From an uncultured Chitinophaga sp. (GTDB lineage: Bacteria; Bacteroidota; Bacteroidia; UKL13-3): a stretch of 64,000 nucleotides of DNA. Positions 52,990 through 63,100 of this stretch are shown in pieces. The notes beneath the pieces were generated by a model that was not told the origin of the DNA, made no database searches, and saw only the letters and a program-made list of their open reading frames with translations. Position 1 is the first letter of the stretch. Each line of letters opens with the position of its first letter. Location of the stretch: the NCBI GenBank assembly GCA_964545895.1, contig CAZJHS010000002.1, positions 28,735 through 92,734 of the forward strand. The letters are read 5' to 3'. Made by a program: the position numbers and the translations under genes.

Positions 52990-54201
52990 TTGAACTTCAA
53001 AATGCATTTAGTACAGGCAAATCATAACATAAGTTTATATCAAACATGGCGTTACAAAAGCTTATCCTTCGTAAAAAAGGTAGGTTTAGTATTTGGGTTG
53101 ATATTGCTTTTTTGCCATGCAAGTGCACAACGCATCATCGATAGTTTACCAAACCCTGTTGATGTTCAATCATCGTCACAACCCTACTTTTACCAAGGCT
53201 TAACCTATGGCAGCCAACGCAACTTTAACCCCATAACCGTGCTGCTCAACCGCGGGTTCGAAATGTTGCGCATTACTGAACAAAGCGCACGATACAGCCC
53301 ATTTGTACCCGGTTATAAATTTAAAAACATTGTTAAAAATTTAGCCAACCCAATACAGGGAGTGCAACAATATGGTACAAAGGAGTTTTTTTTAGAGCAA
53401 GTAATTCCCTTTGGCGACCCACGCAGACCTTATTGGTTTCCTAATTATGCCTTGCACATGCTTGAAGGTGGCGTAACCTACACCGGATTAAAAGAATGGT
53501 TTGAGTTACACGATGCTCAATATCCCAAAACATACTCAGCAGCAGTTGTTATTTCGGCAGCCTTAATTAACGAGTCGGTTGAGGAAAAAGTAACCAACGG
53601 AAACTTTAGGCTAAATGTAGATGCCGTTGCCGATTTTTGGATTTTTGATGTAGGAGGTATTTTACTGTTTCAATCAAAAAAGGTAAATAAATTTATGAGC
53701 CAAACGTTGCACATGCGCGATTGGTCAAAACAACCTGCTGTGTATTTGCCTACCTTAAACTTAGCCAACTGCGGCCAGTTTCTTTCCTTAAAATGGAATT
53801 TACCCAAATTAAAGAATGTATCGTTTTTTAGTTTAGTGGGCCTCGGTGGTATGGGCGGTTTATCTTACCAATTTAAAAACAACACCAGTTTATCCATGGG
53901 TATAGGCCACGGACCAAGGCGCAAAGAGAGCAACATTTTAGGGTTGCCTATTGATGTGCATTTAGTGCCCATGCTGGGTATTTACTACGATAAAAACAAC
54001 TCCTTATTAGCCTCTTTAGAGTTAAGCAATTCTAAAAACGATTTATACCACAACTATTTTGCTGAGCTAAATTTGTATCCTGGTTTTATTAAAGTAAAAA
54101 AACTCGATCCAACAGTTTGGCTAACCATAGCCCGCGATGGCGATTTTTTAATTGGCCTAGGTTGTAAATACACCTACGGTGTTGGTTTGGGATTGAGGTA
54201 G
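52990..54201 (+). CDS. Hypothetical secreted/outer-membrane protein
   Basis: An internal signal-like segment KKVGLVFGLILLFCHASAQ about 30 aa after the track start. No motif recognised, and the start codon is uncertain. Confidence 0.55.
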   Translation: MNFKMHLVQANHNISLYQTWRYKSLSFVKKVGLVFGLILLFCHASAQRIIDSLPNPVDVQSSSQPYFYQGLTYGSQRNFNPITVLLNRGFEMLRITEQSARYSPFVPGYKFKNIVKNLANPIQGVQQYGTKEFFLEQVIPFGDPRRPYWFPNYALHMLEGGVTYTGLKEWFELHDAQYPKTYSAAVVISAALINESVEEKVTNGNFRLNVDAVADFWIFDVGGILLFQSKKVNKFMSQTLHMRDWSKQPAVYLPTLNLANCGQFLSLKWNLPKLKNVSFFSLVGLGGMGGLSYQFKNNTSLSMGIGHGPRRKESNILGLPIDVHLVPMLGIYYDKNNSLLASLELSNSKNDLYHNYFAELNLYPGFIKVKKLDPTVWLTIARDGDFLIGLGCKYTYGVGLGLR

Positions 54202-54221
54202 GGATTAATGAAATTCAATCT

Positions 54222-55940
54222 CTATAAAGGAAGTCCGTGTTTCAAATCGAAAATTTTAAAAAGCGTTTCTGGGAATTTATTATGTTTTTTGATTTTTAGC
54301 CTCTCACCTATGTATTCGTTAAAGCTAATGAAGGATTTTTCAAAATCTACATCGCGTATTCGTCTTGCCTTTATTTGTTTTTCTCTACCTTTTATATAAT
54401 CACTGTAGTTGCTTAATACAGACTGTAAGTTGATGGTCTTATCTTTTAAATGATTAAGATTATTAAATAAAAAATCAAAGTCCATAATAACCAAATTACA
54501 AATGTGATTGAACTGCGGGTTTATTCCCTTAATCTGCTCCATAAATACATCGTTGATATACTTGTTGATTCCTGGAATATTAAACATATCGTCTGTTATT
54601 ATTAAAATAGGCTGTATTGTAAGTTTTTCTCTGCTAGGTATTTTGGAGTCAAAGTTTACAGTTGATTCTGCAAGCAACTTAATTTGATCAACTAATTGAT
54701 AAACACCAACCTTAGGCGAACAGATTTTTTTGTTAATTTCTTCTTTTATGCATTCATATGTGCCCTTTGCCACAGCATCTGAGGCAAAAGAAACATCTTT
54801 AAACTCAATTAAAATTACCCAATTTCCTTTTCTATAATAACAGTCTGGCTGTTTTTGTCCACTGTCAAAATGCAATACACTATACTTATCTTCAAGTATA
54901 TGTTTCATTATATTTTTGAATATTATCTTTTCAATGATTTTATCAGAAAATCTCGATTTGAAATCAGGGTAATTGATTCCAACTTCTTGTTTTAGGTTGG
55001 TTGTTTTGATAAAATCAAAAATCAAACCCTCGTACAATTTATTTTGTAAAAAAATCCAGCTCATAACGAAGTATTGGTTTTCCTTGAATTTTATGAGTGG
55101 TTTCGATTTTAATCCAGTAAACTCTAAATTATGCCTTGGTTCGCTTTTAAATGTTTTTAAATCAACACAATTTGCTTCAAAAAATGTAGGACGGAAAGTT
55201 ATATTCTCAGCATCCAAATTGAAACCTATTCTTGAAAAGAGTCCCGTTTCTTTACCAGAAATACAATACTCAATTAACTTGACTATTTCTAGCAAGTAAT
55301 CATGTATACTAATTCGGTTATTTATTTTAAGAAATAAATCAACGTAAGGTCCTAAGCGCTCATCCTTCTTGATTTCACTCATTAGGATGACTCCTTTAAT
55401 CATCTGGTAGAAGTAGTTTTGTCTTGTTTGAATATTGTATTGTTTGATACACATTGGCCATAAAGCCTGATAATAGAAACTATCGTTTGTTGTTATTTCG
55501 TATCTTAGTTCATTATTTGTTTTATCATTAAATATTAGAATTGATTTTAAGATTTTCAACTCCTCTTCAGGTGTTGTGTCGATATACCCTTCAGGTATTT
55601 CTCTGAAGTTTATTATCTCATACTCAATAAATTTAAGAATGGAGCGTTCAGTGAATATTGCGAATTCTACGTTTTGATTTTTCGTTAAGGTTTTACTGCA
55701 ATTTATATTCAGTGCTTTAATGATTCCATCTACATATAACCTGTCTTGTCTTTTTAAAAATATCTCATGTAGAATCTTGTTCTGAAGTTTAAATGAGTGG
55801 CCTTCAATATAAAGTCTTGAATTAATTGCTGATAATAGCCCGATTACAATAATAGAAGGTATCCCCCTTAGTAAAGTTTCGACATCTTCGTTATCATGCG
55901 GCCATAAACCTTTATAATCCTGAAGCACACTTATTTTCAT
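54222..55940 (-). CDS. Orphan 572-aa protein with a PD-(D/E)xK-type nuclease motif; AT-richer than its flanks
   Basis: QPDCYYRKGNWVILIEFKDVSF has the form PD-x14-E-F-K, the classic restriction-endonuclease-fold signature. It resembles the PD...EIK core of DUF4263/Shedu-type nucleases. The N-terminal 350 aa carry no motif I recognise. Hand counts on two 60-nt lines give about 23-30% G+C, against about 45% on one line of the adjacent gene. Confidence 0.5.
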   Translation of the reverse strand: MKISVLQDYKGLWPHDNEDVETLLRGIPSIIVIGLLSAINSRLYIEGHSFKLQNKILHEIFLKRQDRLYVDGIIKALNINCSKTLTKNQNVEFAIFTERSILKFIEYEIINFREIPEGYIDTTPEEELKILKSILIFNDKTNNELRYEITTNDSFYYQALWPMCIKQYNIQTRQNYFYQMIKGVILMSEIKKDERLGPYVDLFLKINNRISIHDYLLEIVKLIEYCISGKETGLFSRIGFNLDAENITFRPTFFEANCVDLKTFKSEPRHNLEFTGLKSKPLIKFKENQYFVMSWIFLQNKLYEGLIFDFIKTTNLKQEVGINYPDFKSRFSDKIIEKIIFKNIMKHILEDKYSVLHFDSGQKQPDCYYRKGNWVILIEFKDVSFASDAVAKGTYECIKEEINKKICSPKVGVYQLVDQIKLLAESTVNFDSKIPSREKLTIQPILIITDDMFNIPGINKYINDVFMEQIKGINPQFNHICNLVIMDFDFLFNNLNHLKDKTINLQSVLSNYSDYIKGREKQIKARRIRDVDFEKSFISFNEYIGERLKIKKHNKFPETLFKIFDLKHGLPL

Positions 55941-56119
55941 GTTTAATGGTTCTTATTTTTTACAAGAGTAAGTTCCATTTTTTTCTGAATGAAACAAACT
56001 AAGGTTCAGTATTATCAAAATAATTTATTGAATATGTGTCAGATTTGAGTTTGTATTATTTTGGCGAAGCGCTTGTACTACCTGAAAGTCAATTAGATCA
56101 ATTTCAAACTGAAACTTCG

Positions 56120-56175
56120 GGGCATAAAAAAGCCCAACTTAGAAAAGTGAAACGTTGCTTTTCGTAGTCAGTAGG
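56120..56175 (-). repeat. RNA-like module copy A (conserved box + hairpin + U-tract on the minus strand)
   Basis: GGGCATAAAAAAGCCCAACTTAGAAAAGTGAAAC...TTCGTAGTCAGTAGG. It aligns with copy B at a 172-nt offset. The first 13 nt are identical and overall identity is roughly 80% by eye. Confidence 0.6.
56124..56153 (-). terminator. Terminator-like hairpin + U-tract (minus strand) inside module A
   Basis: Minus strand GTTTCACTT-TTCT-AAGTTGGGC (G-U-rich stem with one mismatch) followed by TTTTTTAT. Confidence 0.4.
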
Positions 56176-56262
56176 ACGGCCGAGCGTTAAAAAATGACCC
56201 GGTGGGTCATTTTAGCGAGAAGCGTGCCCGTGGGGTTGGCATTCCCCTACGACTACAAACGC
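56163..56262 (-). ncRNA. Candidate structured RNA core (closing stem + two internal hairpins); strand and ends unverified
   Basis: Closing stem CGTAGTC(A)GTAGG(56163-56175)/CCTACGACTACG(56246-56257 region). Internal hairpin ATGACCC-GGT-GGGTCAT(56194-56210), extended by A/T and CGTT/AGCG pairs. Small hairpin GGGG-TTGGCATT-CCCC(56232-56247). Confidence 0.35.
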
Positions 56263-56291
56263 AGTTAAATTAAAGTTACAACGAAAATTAT

Positions 56292-56350
56292 GGGCATAAA
56301 AAAGTCCCACTTAAAAAAGTGAGACTCTCAGCGTTTGTAGTCCGTAGGGG
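56292..56350 (-). repeat. RNA-like module copy B
   Basis: GGGCATAAAAAAGTCCCACTTAAAAAAGTGAGAC...GCGTTTGTAGTCCGTAGGGG. Its 3' box is the near-perfect reverse complement of 56244-56262 (CCCCTACGACTACAAACGC): 19 of 20 positions pair, with one bulged C. Confidence 0.6.
56293..56325 (-). terminator. Intrinsic terminator (minus strand) inside module B
   Basis: Minus strand GTCTCACTT-TTTT-AAGTGGGAC (9-bp stem with one mismatch) followed by TTTTTTAT. Confidence 0.55.
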
Positions 56351-56665
56351 TAAAGAGGCTTACACAAACGTGGTTGCCATCCAAGCCTTTGTACACCAGT
56401 TACACTCTCGCCAGCTTATTAAGCGGTTTCTCCTAAATACGCCTGATCTCTTACACTCGAATGTATACGTGTTATTCAATAACTTTAAGTGTATAGATGT
56501 TTTTATACCGGTTCTATCCTCGACCAAAATTCAGAATTTCTTATCTGTGTCTTTAAAATAATCGCACTAATACCTTTAAACAACCTTATTTCATTTGAAA
56601 AAGAGTTTATTAAATTTCATCTATTTGAACGATGTAACAACTATCATCTAAGAAGAAGCTTGTTT

Positions 56666-57190
56666 TCAGCGTTTGAATAATATTCCTTTCACGGCCACAA
56701 AAACACCCATAACAAGCAGTAATGGAATAGCAGTATCCACAGGAACTCCTGGTTCGGTGGGTGGTGGTGGAGTTTCCTGATCATCTGGTTCAAACTCAGC
56801 AATGCTATCTGCCTGTGTATCATAACTGCTGTTTGGTTTAGCCTCAATGGTCTCAGGAATTACGCCCTCGTCACCTCTTTCTTCTGAGCGTAGATCACCA
56901 ATCAATCCATTGCTTGTGGGAAGTCTTCTGCTCTGAGAAGATGCCTTTTTTCTCTTGTATCCACCATTATATAAATCTTCTTCTTTGTAGGATTCTTGAT
57001 AGCGACTTTCCTCCTTTTGCGACTGGTAATAGTATTCATAATAATCTGGACGAAACCTTTCGTAATACTCACCAAGATCAATCTCGTTGTAATCATCATA
57101 GTTGCCTTGCGCTACACTTGCAAAACTAATCAGCACTAAACCCAACAGACCAATGGCTTTTGCTACGTTTAATCGTATGCTTTTTTTCAT
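56666..57190 (-). CDS. Secreted Tyr/Glu/Asp-rich low-complexity protein with a Pro-rich P-V-D + TM + basic C-terminal anchor
   Basis: Signal peptide LVLISFASVAQ. YDDYNEIDLGEYYERFRPDYYEYYYQSQKEE low-complexity region. C-terminus ETPPPPTEPGVPVDTAIPLLLVMGVFVAVKGILFKR. It lies 2 nt downstream of the adhesin gene. Confidence 0.65.
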   Translation of the reverse strand: MKKSIRLNVAKAIGLLGLVLISFASVAQGNYDDYNEIDLGEYYERFRPDYYEYYYQSQKEESRYQESYKEEDLYNGGYKRKKASSQSRRLPTSNGLIGDLRSEERGDEGVIPETIEAKPNSSYDTQADSIAEFEPDDQETPPPPTEPGVPVDTAIPLLLVMGVFVAVKGILFKR

Positions 57191-57192
57191 GG

Positions 57193-60100
57193 CTATTGTT
57201 TTATTAGTTTAATGTGTTGCGTGCCTTGTGTGGTTAGTACCTGTACCATATAAACACCTGCCGCCAAATAGCTCACATCCATTTGTAGCCCTTGCAAGGC
57301 AATGGTTGCTTCTGCTCCTTTTGCATCAAATACTTTTACATCAAGCAACTGTGCCAGGCTATTAATGTGTATTTGAACATTGTTGCTTGCCGGGTTTGGC
57401 ATCAATGCAATACCGGCTTGTGGCATATCATCAGTTAATACAATGGCATGGCTATATGCGTGGCCGTTGTCTTTATCAACCATTTGCAGGCGATAATAGA
57501 TTGTTAGGAGTTGAGATTTGAGAGTTGGGATTTGAGAGTTGGGATTTGAGAGATATTGATTTGTAAAAGCGTTAAAATCGGTAAGCGAATAGTTGTTTGT
57601 TATTGATGAATTGCCTTTGGCTTTTACCGTGCCTATGTTTTGCCAGTTTACATTATCGGTTGATTTTTGAACCACAAAATGGCTGCTGTTTTTTTCGCTT
57701 GCGGTGCTCCAGTTTAGTTGTGCATTGCGTTGTTGTTTTGTGCCTGTGAAACTCAATAAACTTAACGGAAGCGAAGTGTGCTGATCGGTTAGTATCAACA
57801 AAAACCTTTTGCCAAAACTTGCAGGTGTGCTGTTGTTTATGGTGTAGCTGTAGCTTGGTGTGGTTTTTATATTTATCCAATTGTTGGTAAACAAATCAAC
57901 CAAAAAGGCATTTTTTGTTGCCGGTAACGATGCCGTTTCTTCAAAGATTAACCAATAGTTGCCGTTGTTTAGGGCTTGTGTGCTAATTACAAAAGTATCG
58001 GTGCTGTTTGTGTTTAGTGTTTGGCATACATTGCGCTGCACATGTTGGCTATCGGGGGTTATAAAACTAAGGTTTATTAAGTTGTTTGTAAATTTCATTG
58101 CATCTTGGTTAAACACATAGTTTTTGCTGGCTGTGTTTTCAAAACTTAGCCAAGCCACATCATAGCGAATACTGTCGCTATACATTTTTATAGCAAACGG
58201 ATTTACAACCGTTTTAAAATATTGGGTAGGCGAAGTGTTTACTTTATCAACTTCTTCAAAACTCATGCTTTGCGCTAAATCATTAACCTGCACAAAAAAG
58301 CCTTGCGAAATAGCTATATTTTCGCTGGCTGTTTGGTTTACATAATTGCCCGTTACCGGATTTAGTACCCAAAACGAGTTGCTAACATTACTTGTTTTGT
58401 TTATCGCACCATAGTTTATTGGGCAAGGATATGGGTTGCCCATTAGATTCCAACCATCATTAACAGCAAAGCCTGTATTGGTGTATGATAGCGGCAATGT
58501 AGCAATATTACCTTTGTTAATGTTGCCATAAAACGCCATGGTAACATTGTTTGGCACTGTGTTAAAGTTAAGTAAGGAGCCTGTTTGTGTTCTATCACCC
58601 CTAAAAAATACCATACTGCCTTTGCCAGCATCTTGCGTAGCGGTAATGTTAGCAATGTCTTTCCAACCGCGTGTGCCCGTTGTGCTTTCTTGGTAGTGAA
58701 TAATTGATGACGGGGTACCGTTGTGGTCGAAACCATTGGTTGCACCACCAGGTCCGCTTACCAAAATATCGTCAACCAACTGGGTGTAGTTAAAGTTGCT
58801 TATTGGGCTGCTCATGCTGCGCCAACCGCGTTGGGTAACAACACCACCAATCATGTAGCGTTGTATGGTAACATTGCCAGCAACATCGGCTGTGGGTTGA
58901 ATGGCTAGTATTTTTCCGTTAAAACTTAAGTTTGAAACCAACACCAATTTGTTGGCCGTGTTTAGTGTGCCTAGTTGCGGATTTACTGCATCTGTTATTT
59001 TTAAGGTATCGGTTAATAAAACGCCCGCAGCATTGTTTATGGTTAGGTTGGCCAACGTGTTGTTGCTAAACACACCGCCCCAAAGCGTTTGCAAACTTAC
59101 ACCATTTAGCACCAATGTGCCTGTGGTGGCATGTATAGTACCTAAATTATGTATAGCACCTGCACAACTTAGCGTGCCACTAATGGTTAGTGTTGCGCCT
59201 GAGGCTAGACTCACGTTAAGCGCTTGGCCTGTGGTAACTATTGGTTGGTTGGCTGTTGGTACAATGTAGGCTTCTTCGCTGTTGGTTGGCAAGACATTGT
59301 TGCTCCAGTTGCCTGTTGTTTCCCAAGCAGTGCTAAAGGCACCTGTCCATTGGTTAATGCCTTTTTCGTATGCCCCCATATCAATGGTGGTGTTTTGTAT
59401 GCGGGTGTTGCCAGCCAAATCGGTAGCGGAAGCGCCCGTGTTATTGCCGCTGTTTATACTTGGGCTGTTTGGCTGCAATTGCAAACCATCATCAGCTGTA
59501 CCCCATATATTATCTGCCCCATCAAGGTCGTTTTCGTTTACAAAATTGGGGTTGGCGTTTATATTGCCTGTGCCAGTAAAGCCCCCTTGCACATTGCTGT
59601 ACTCAACTACGGGTGTGCCGCTTGCAACGTGAATACCTGCACCTGTTGGGGCAGTATTGTTGTAGATGATGCAATTGCTAATGGTAGCGTTGGTATTGCT
59701 TTGAATTGCCCCACCTTGCAGTGTAGCACTGTTGCCATAAAACACGCTGTTGCGTATGCTGGTGTTTGCACCAGTAAATACTGCACCACCATTGCTAGAA
59801 GCCGTATTATTGGCAAATACACAATTATCAACCGTTTGTGTACCTGCACCAAAACGAACCGCTCCTCCCCAACCTACTGCACTGTTGTTTACAAATACCG
59901 ATTGAGAAAGTTGAATAGTCATACTCGAGGAACTATTAATTCCAGCACTTTCTGACTGTGCTGTATTGCCATTAAACAAACATTTGCTAAAGGTTTGTGT
60001 ACTGCCTGTACCGAATAATCTAATTGTTCCGGCACCACTTGCATTGTTTTGTATAAAGCTGCATTGGCTTAGGCTAAGGTTGCCGCTTAACGTTAAAATG

Positions 60101-63100
60101 GCAGAGGAATTACTACCACTATTTACTACACTGCTGTTTTGCTGCCATACACATTGACTTATACTTGGGCTGGTGCTACTGTTAAAATAAGCACCACCAC
60201 CAGTAACGGTATTTTGGGTAAAAGTAAGCTGGGCAAGGGTAAGGTTGCTGCCGTTGTTGTAGGCATATAAACCTGCACCTCTGTCGTTAGTGGCTAAGCC
60301 ACCCAGAAAAGTGCTGTTGCTGTTGGCATTGCCTTTGGTAAGGGTAAAGCCATCAATAACTACAGCTGCTGTGGCATTGGCTACTACTATTACGTGGTAA
60401 CTGTTATCGGTGCTATCATTGGCTGTGCCAATATCGCCACTTAAAATGGTAAGTCCATTGCTGCCTTCTACCACACCACCAATGCCTTGGTAAGTAGCGG
60501 CAGGGCGTTGGTTTATGGCGGTTTCTGTTCCTACAAAGCCACCATATAGTTTTACGTTGTTGGGTACATTAAAGTAAAGGGTTCTGTCTGTTCCATTTGT
60601 GGGTTTGTATGTGCCTTGGGCTACCCATATTTCTGCATTGGCAGCAAAGCAAGTAGTGTTTAAGGCACTTTGTAAATCAGTATAAGCATCATTCCAACTG
60701 GTGCCATTGTTTGCCCCTGTGGCGTTGGCTTTTACGTATAATCTAGTTGCACCTATGTTTTCATAAGCACCCATATCGGTGGTGGTGCAAATGGTTCTTG
60801 CAGCACCTATAATATCTGTACTACTAACACCTGTGTTAGTACCTGTATTAATGCTTGGGCTGCCTGTTTGCAATGCCAAACCATCATCGGCTGTGCCATA
60901 AATATTATCAGCACCATCAGGGTCGGTGGGGTTTACAAAATTGGGGTTGCTGTTAATATTACCTGTGCCTGCTGTGGTTTGCTGTATGTTGCTGTAGGTA
61001 ATGTTTGGGGTTACACCATCAAACAGGGTTTGGCTGCCCGCGTTATCCCAAATAATAGCATTGTTGATATTAAATGTACCCACACTTCCCCAAGAAGTAA
61101 GTTTTCCAAATGCACTTGCTGTATTTTGAACAAATGTAGAATTGTTTACCTGCATTGTGCCGTTTGTGCCAGATTGTAATCTATAAGATATTGCTCCAGC
61201 AATTTCGGCTGTGTTGTTGTAAAACAAGGTATTGTTAACGGTGCAGTTGGTAGTTGAGGATGCGTTTGAACTAAAAGCATAAATTGCCCCACCATTACTA
61301 CCACCATTGTTATTGGCAAACACACAATTGCTAATGCTCACATTGGTAGTATGTGCCGTTTGTGTATAAACCAGCATTGCCCCAAAAGCTTGCAAAGTAC
61401 TTACATCGGCTACGTTATTTTTAAATACACAGTTGGTAATGCTGATGGTGTGGTTGGCTCCATTGGCTTTGTTGGTAAAACCTGCTGCATCATAATTGCC
61501 GTTATTTTTAAAAGCATCTTGCACCGTAAAGCCATCAAACACCGTACCTGCTGCACAGTTGGTGGCTCTTACTAAGTTGTGTGTATTATCTGTATTTACG
61601 CTTGGTGTGCCAATATCGCCACTTAAAATAGTGGCATTTATACCACCACCAATTAGGTTGCTTGGGCGTTGGTTTAATGCTGTTTCTGTACCCGCAAAAC
61701 CGCCATAAACTTTAACGCCACTTGGAATATTAAAAGTTTCGTTTCTGTTGTTGTTTTGCGATGGTTTGTATGTACCCGCAGCTACCCATATTTCTGCATT
61801 GGCAGCAAAGCAAGTAGTGTTTAAGGCACTCTGCAAATCGGTAAAAGCATTTGCCCAAGATGTACCATTGTTTAAGCCTGTGGCGTTGGTATTTACATAT
61901 AATCTTGTAATAGGTGTAGTTACCGTTACCGTAATAGCATTACTGGTAGCCGTTGCAGGATTGGCACTTGGGCTATTGCTTACCATAGTGCAAGCAATTA
62001 CATCAGCACTTACAAAATCAGTACCTGCAATGCCTGTGTAAGTGGCATTGGTTGCTGCTGCAATGTTTACACTATTTTTTGTCCATTGATAGGTTGGGCT
62101 TACACCACCATTTGTTGGTGTGGCGGTAAAGGTAATGCTGCTGCCACTACAAGTTGGGTTGTTGCCTGTGGTAATGGCTATGCTTACTGAGGGGGTAACA
62201 GTTGTGGTAGTTGGGTTTTCGTAAGCACCCATATCTACTGTGGCATCTACTACACGTGTAGCATTGGTAATATCCAAAGCACTTACGCCAGTATTATTAC
62301 CTGTATTTCGGCTTGGGCTATTGTATAATAGTTGCAAACCATCATCTGCCGTACCCCATATATTATCTGCCCCATCAAGGTCGTTTTCGTTTACAAAATT
62401 GGGGTTGGCGTTTATATTGCCTGTGCCAGTAAAGCCCCCTTGCACATTGCTGTACTCAACTACGGGTGTGCCGCTTGCAACGTGAATACCTGCACCTGTT
62501 GGGGCAGTATTGTTGTAGATGATGCAATTGCTAATGGTAGCGTTGGTATTGCTTTGAATTGCCCCACCTTGCAGTGTAGCACTGTTGCCATAAAACACGC
62601 TGTTGCGTATGCTGGTGTTTGCACCAGTAAATACTGCACCACCATTGCTAGAAGCCGTATTATTGGCAAATACACAATTATCAACCGTTTGTGTACCTGC
62701 ACCAAAACGAACCGCTCCTCCCCAACCTACTGCACTGTTGTTTACAAATACCGATTGAGAAAGTTGAATAGTCATACTCGAGGAACTATTAATTCCAGCA
62801 CTTTCTGACTGTGCTGTATTGCCATTAAACAAACATTTGCTAAAGGTTTGTGTACTGCCTGTACCGAATAATCTAATTGTTCCGGCACCACTTGCATTGT
62901 TTTGTATAAAGCTGCATTGGCTTAGGCTAAGGTTGCCGCTTAACGTTAAAATGGCAGAGGAATTACTACCACTATTTACTACACTGCTGTTTTGCTGCCA
63001 TACACATTGACTTATACTTGGGCTGGTGCTACTGTTAAAATAAGCACCACCACCAGTAACGGTATTTTGGGTAAAAGTAAGCTGGGCAAGGGTAAGGTTG

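Noticed and set aside
56133-56175. Resemblance of CCCAACTTAGAAAAGTGAAACG...GTAGTCAGTAGG to the conserved 5S rRNA segment CCGAACUCAGAAGUGAAACG...GGUAGUGUGGGG.
   Set aside because: No helix I pairing can be formed between the expected 5' and 3' ends. The helix IV/V GGGG-loop-CCCC arrangement is absent at the right place, and there is no neighbouring 16S/23S. I treat it as coincidence or, at most, an unrecognisable relic.
55941-56665. Retron msr/msd, type III toxin-antitoxin repeat array, hammerhead-type ribozyme, tmRNA, RNase P or SRP RNA as explanations for the structured intergenic region.
   Set aside because: - No reverse transcriptase (no YxDD protein) and no small ToxN/AbiQ-like toxin lies nearby.
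- There are only two repeats, spaced 172 nt apart rather than in tandem.
- There is no CUGAnGA...GAAA core with an intervening stem.
- None of the conserved tmRNA (GGGG...tRNA-like 3' end), RNase P (GAGGAAAGUCC) or SRP (GGAAG..CAGCC) blocks is visible on either strand.
58723-63010. Many plus-strand ORFs in the track inside the adhesin gene (for example 59224..59955, 62332..62808, 58901..59269).
   Set aside because: They are antisense to a 2247+-aa frame with clear domain logic and duplicate along with the repeat. Their Cys/Thr/Val-rich composition is what the reverse complement of Asn/Gly/Thr/Ala-rich coding sequence produces. I consider them spurious.
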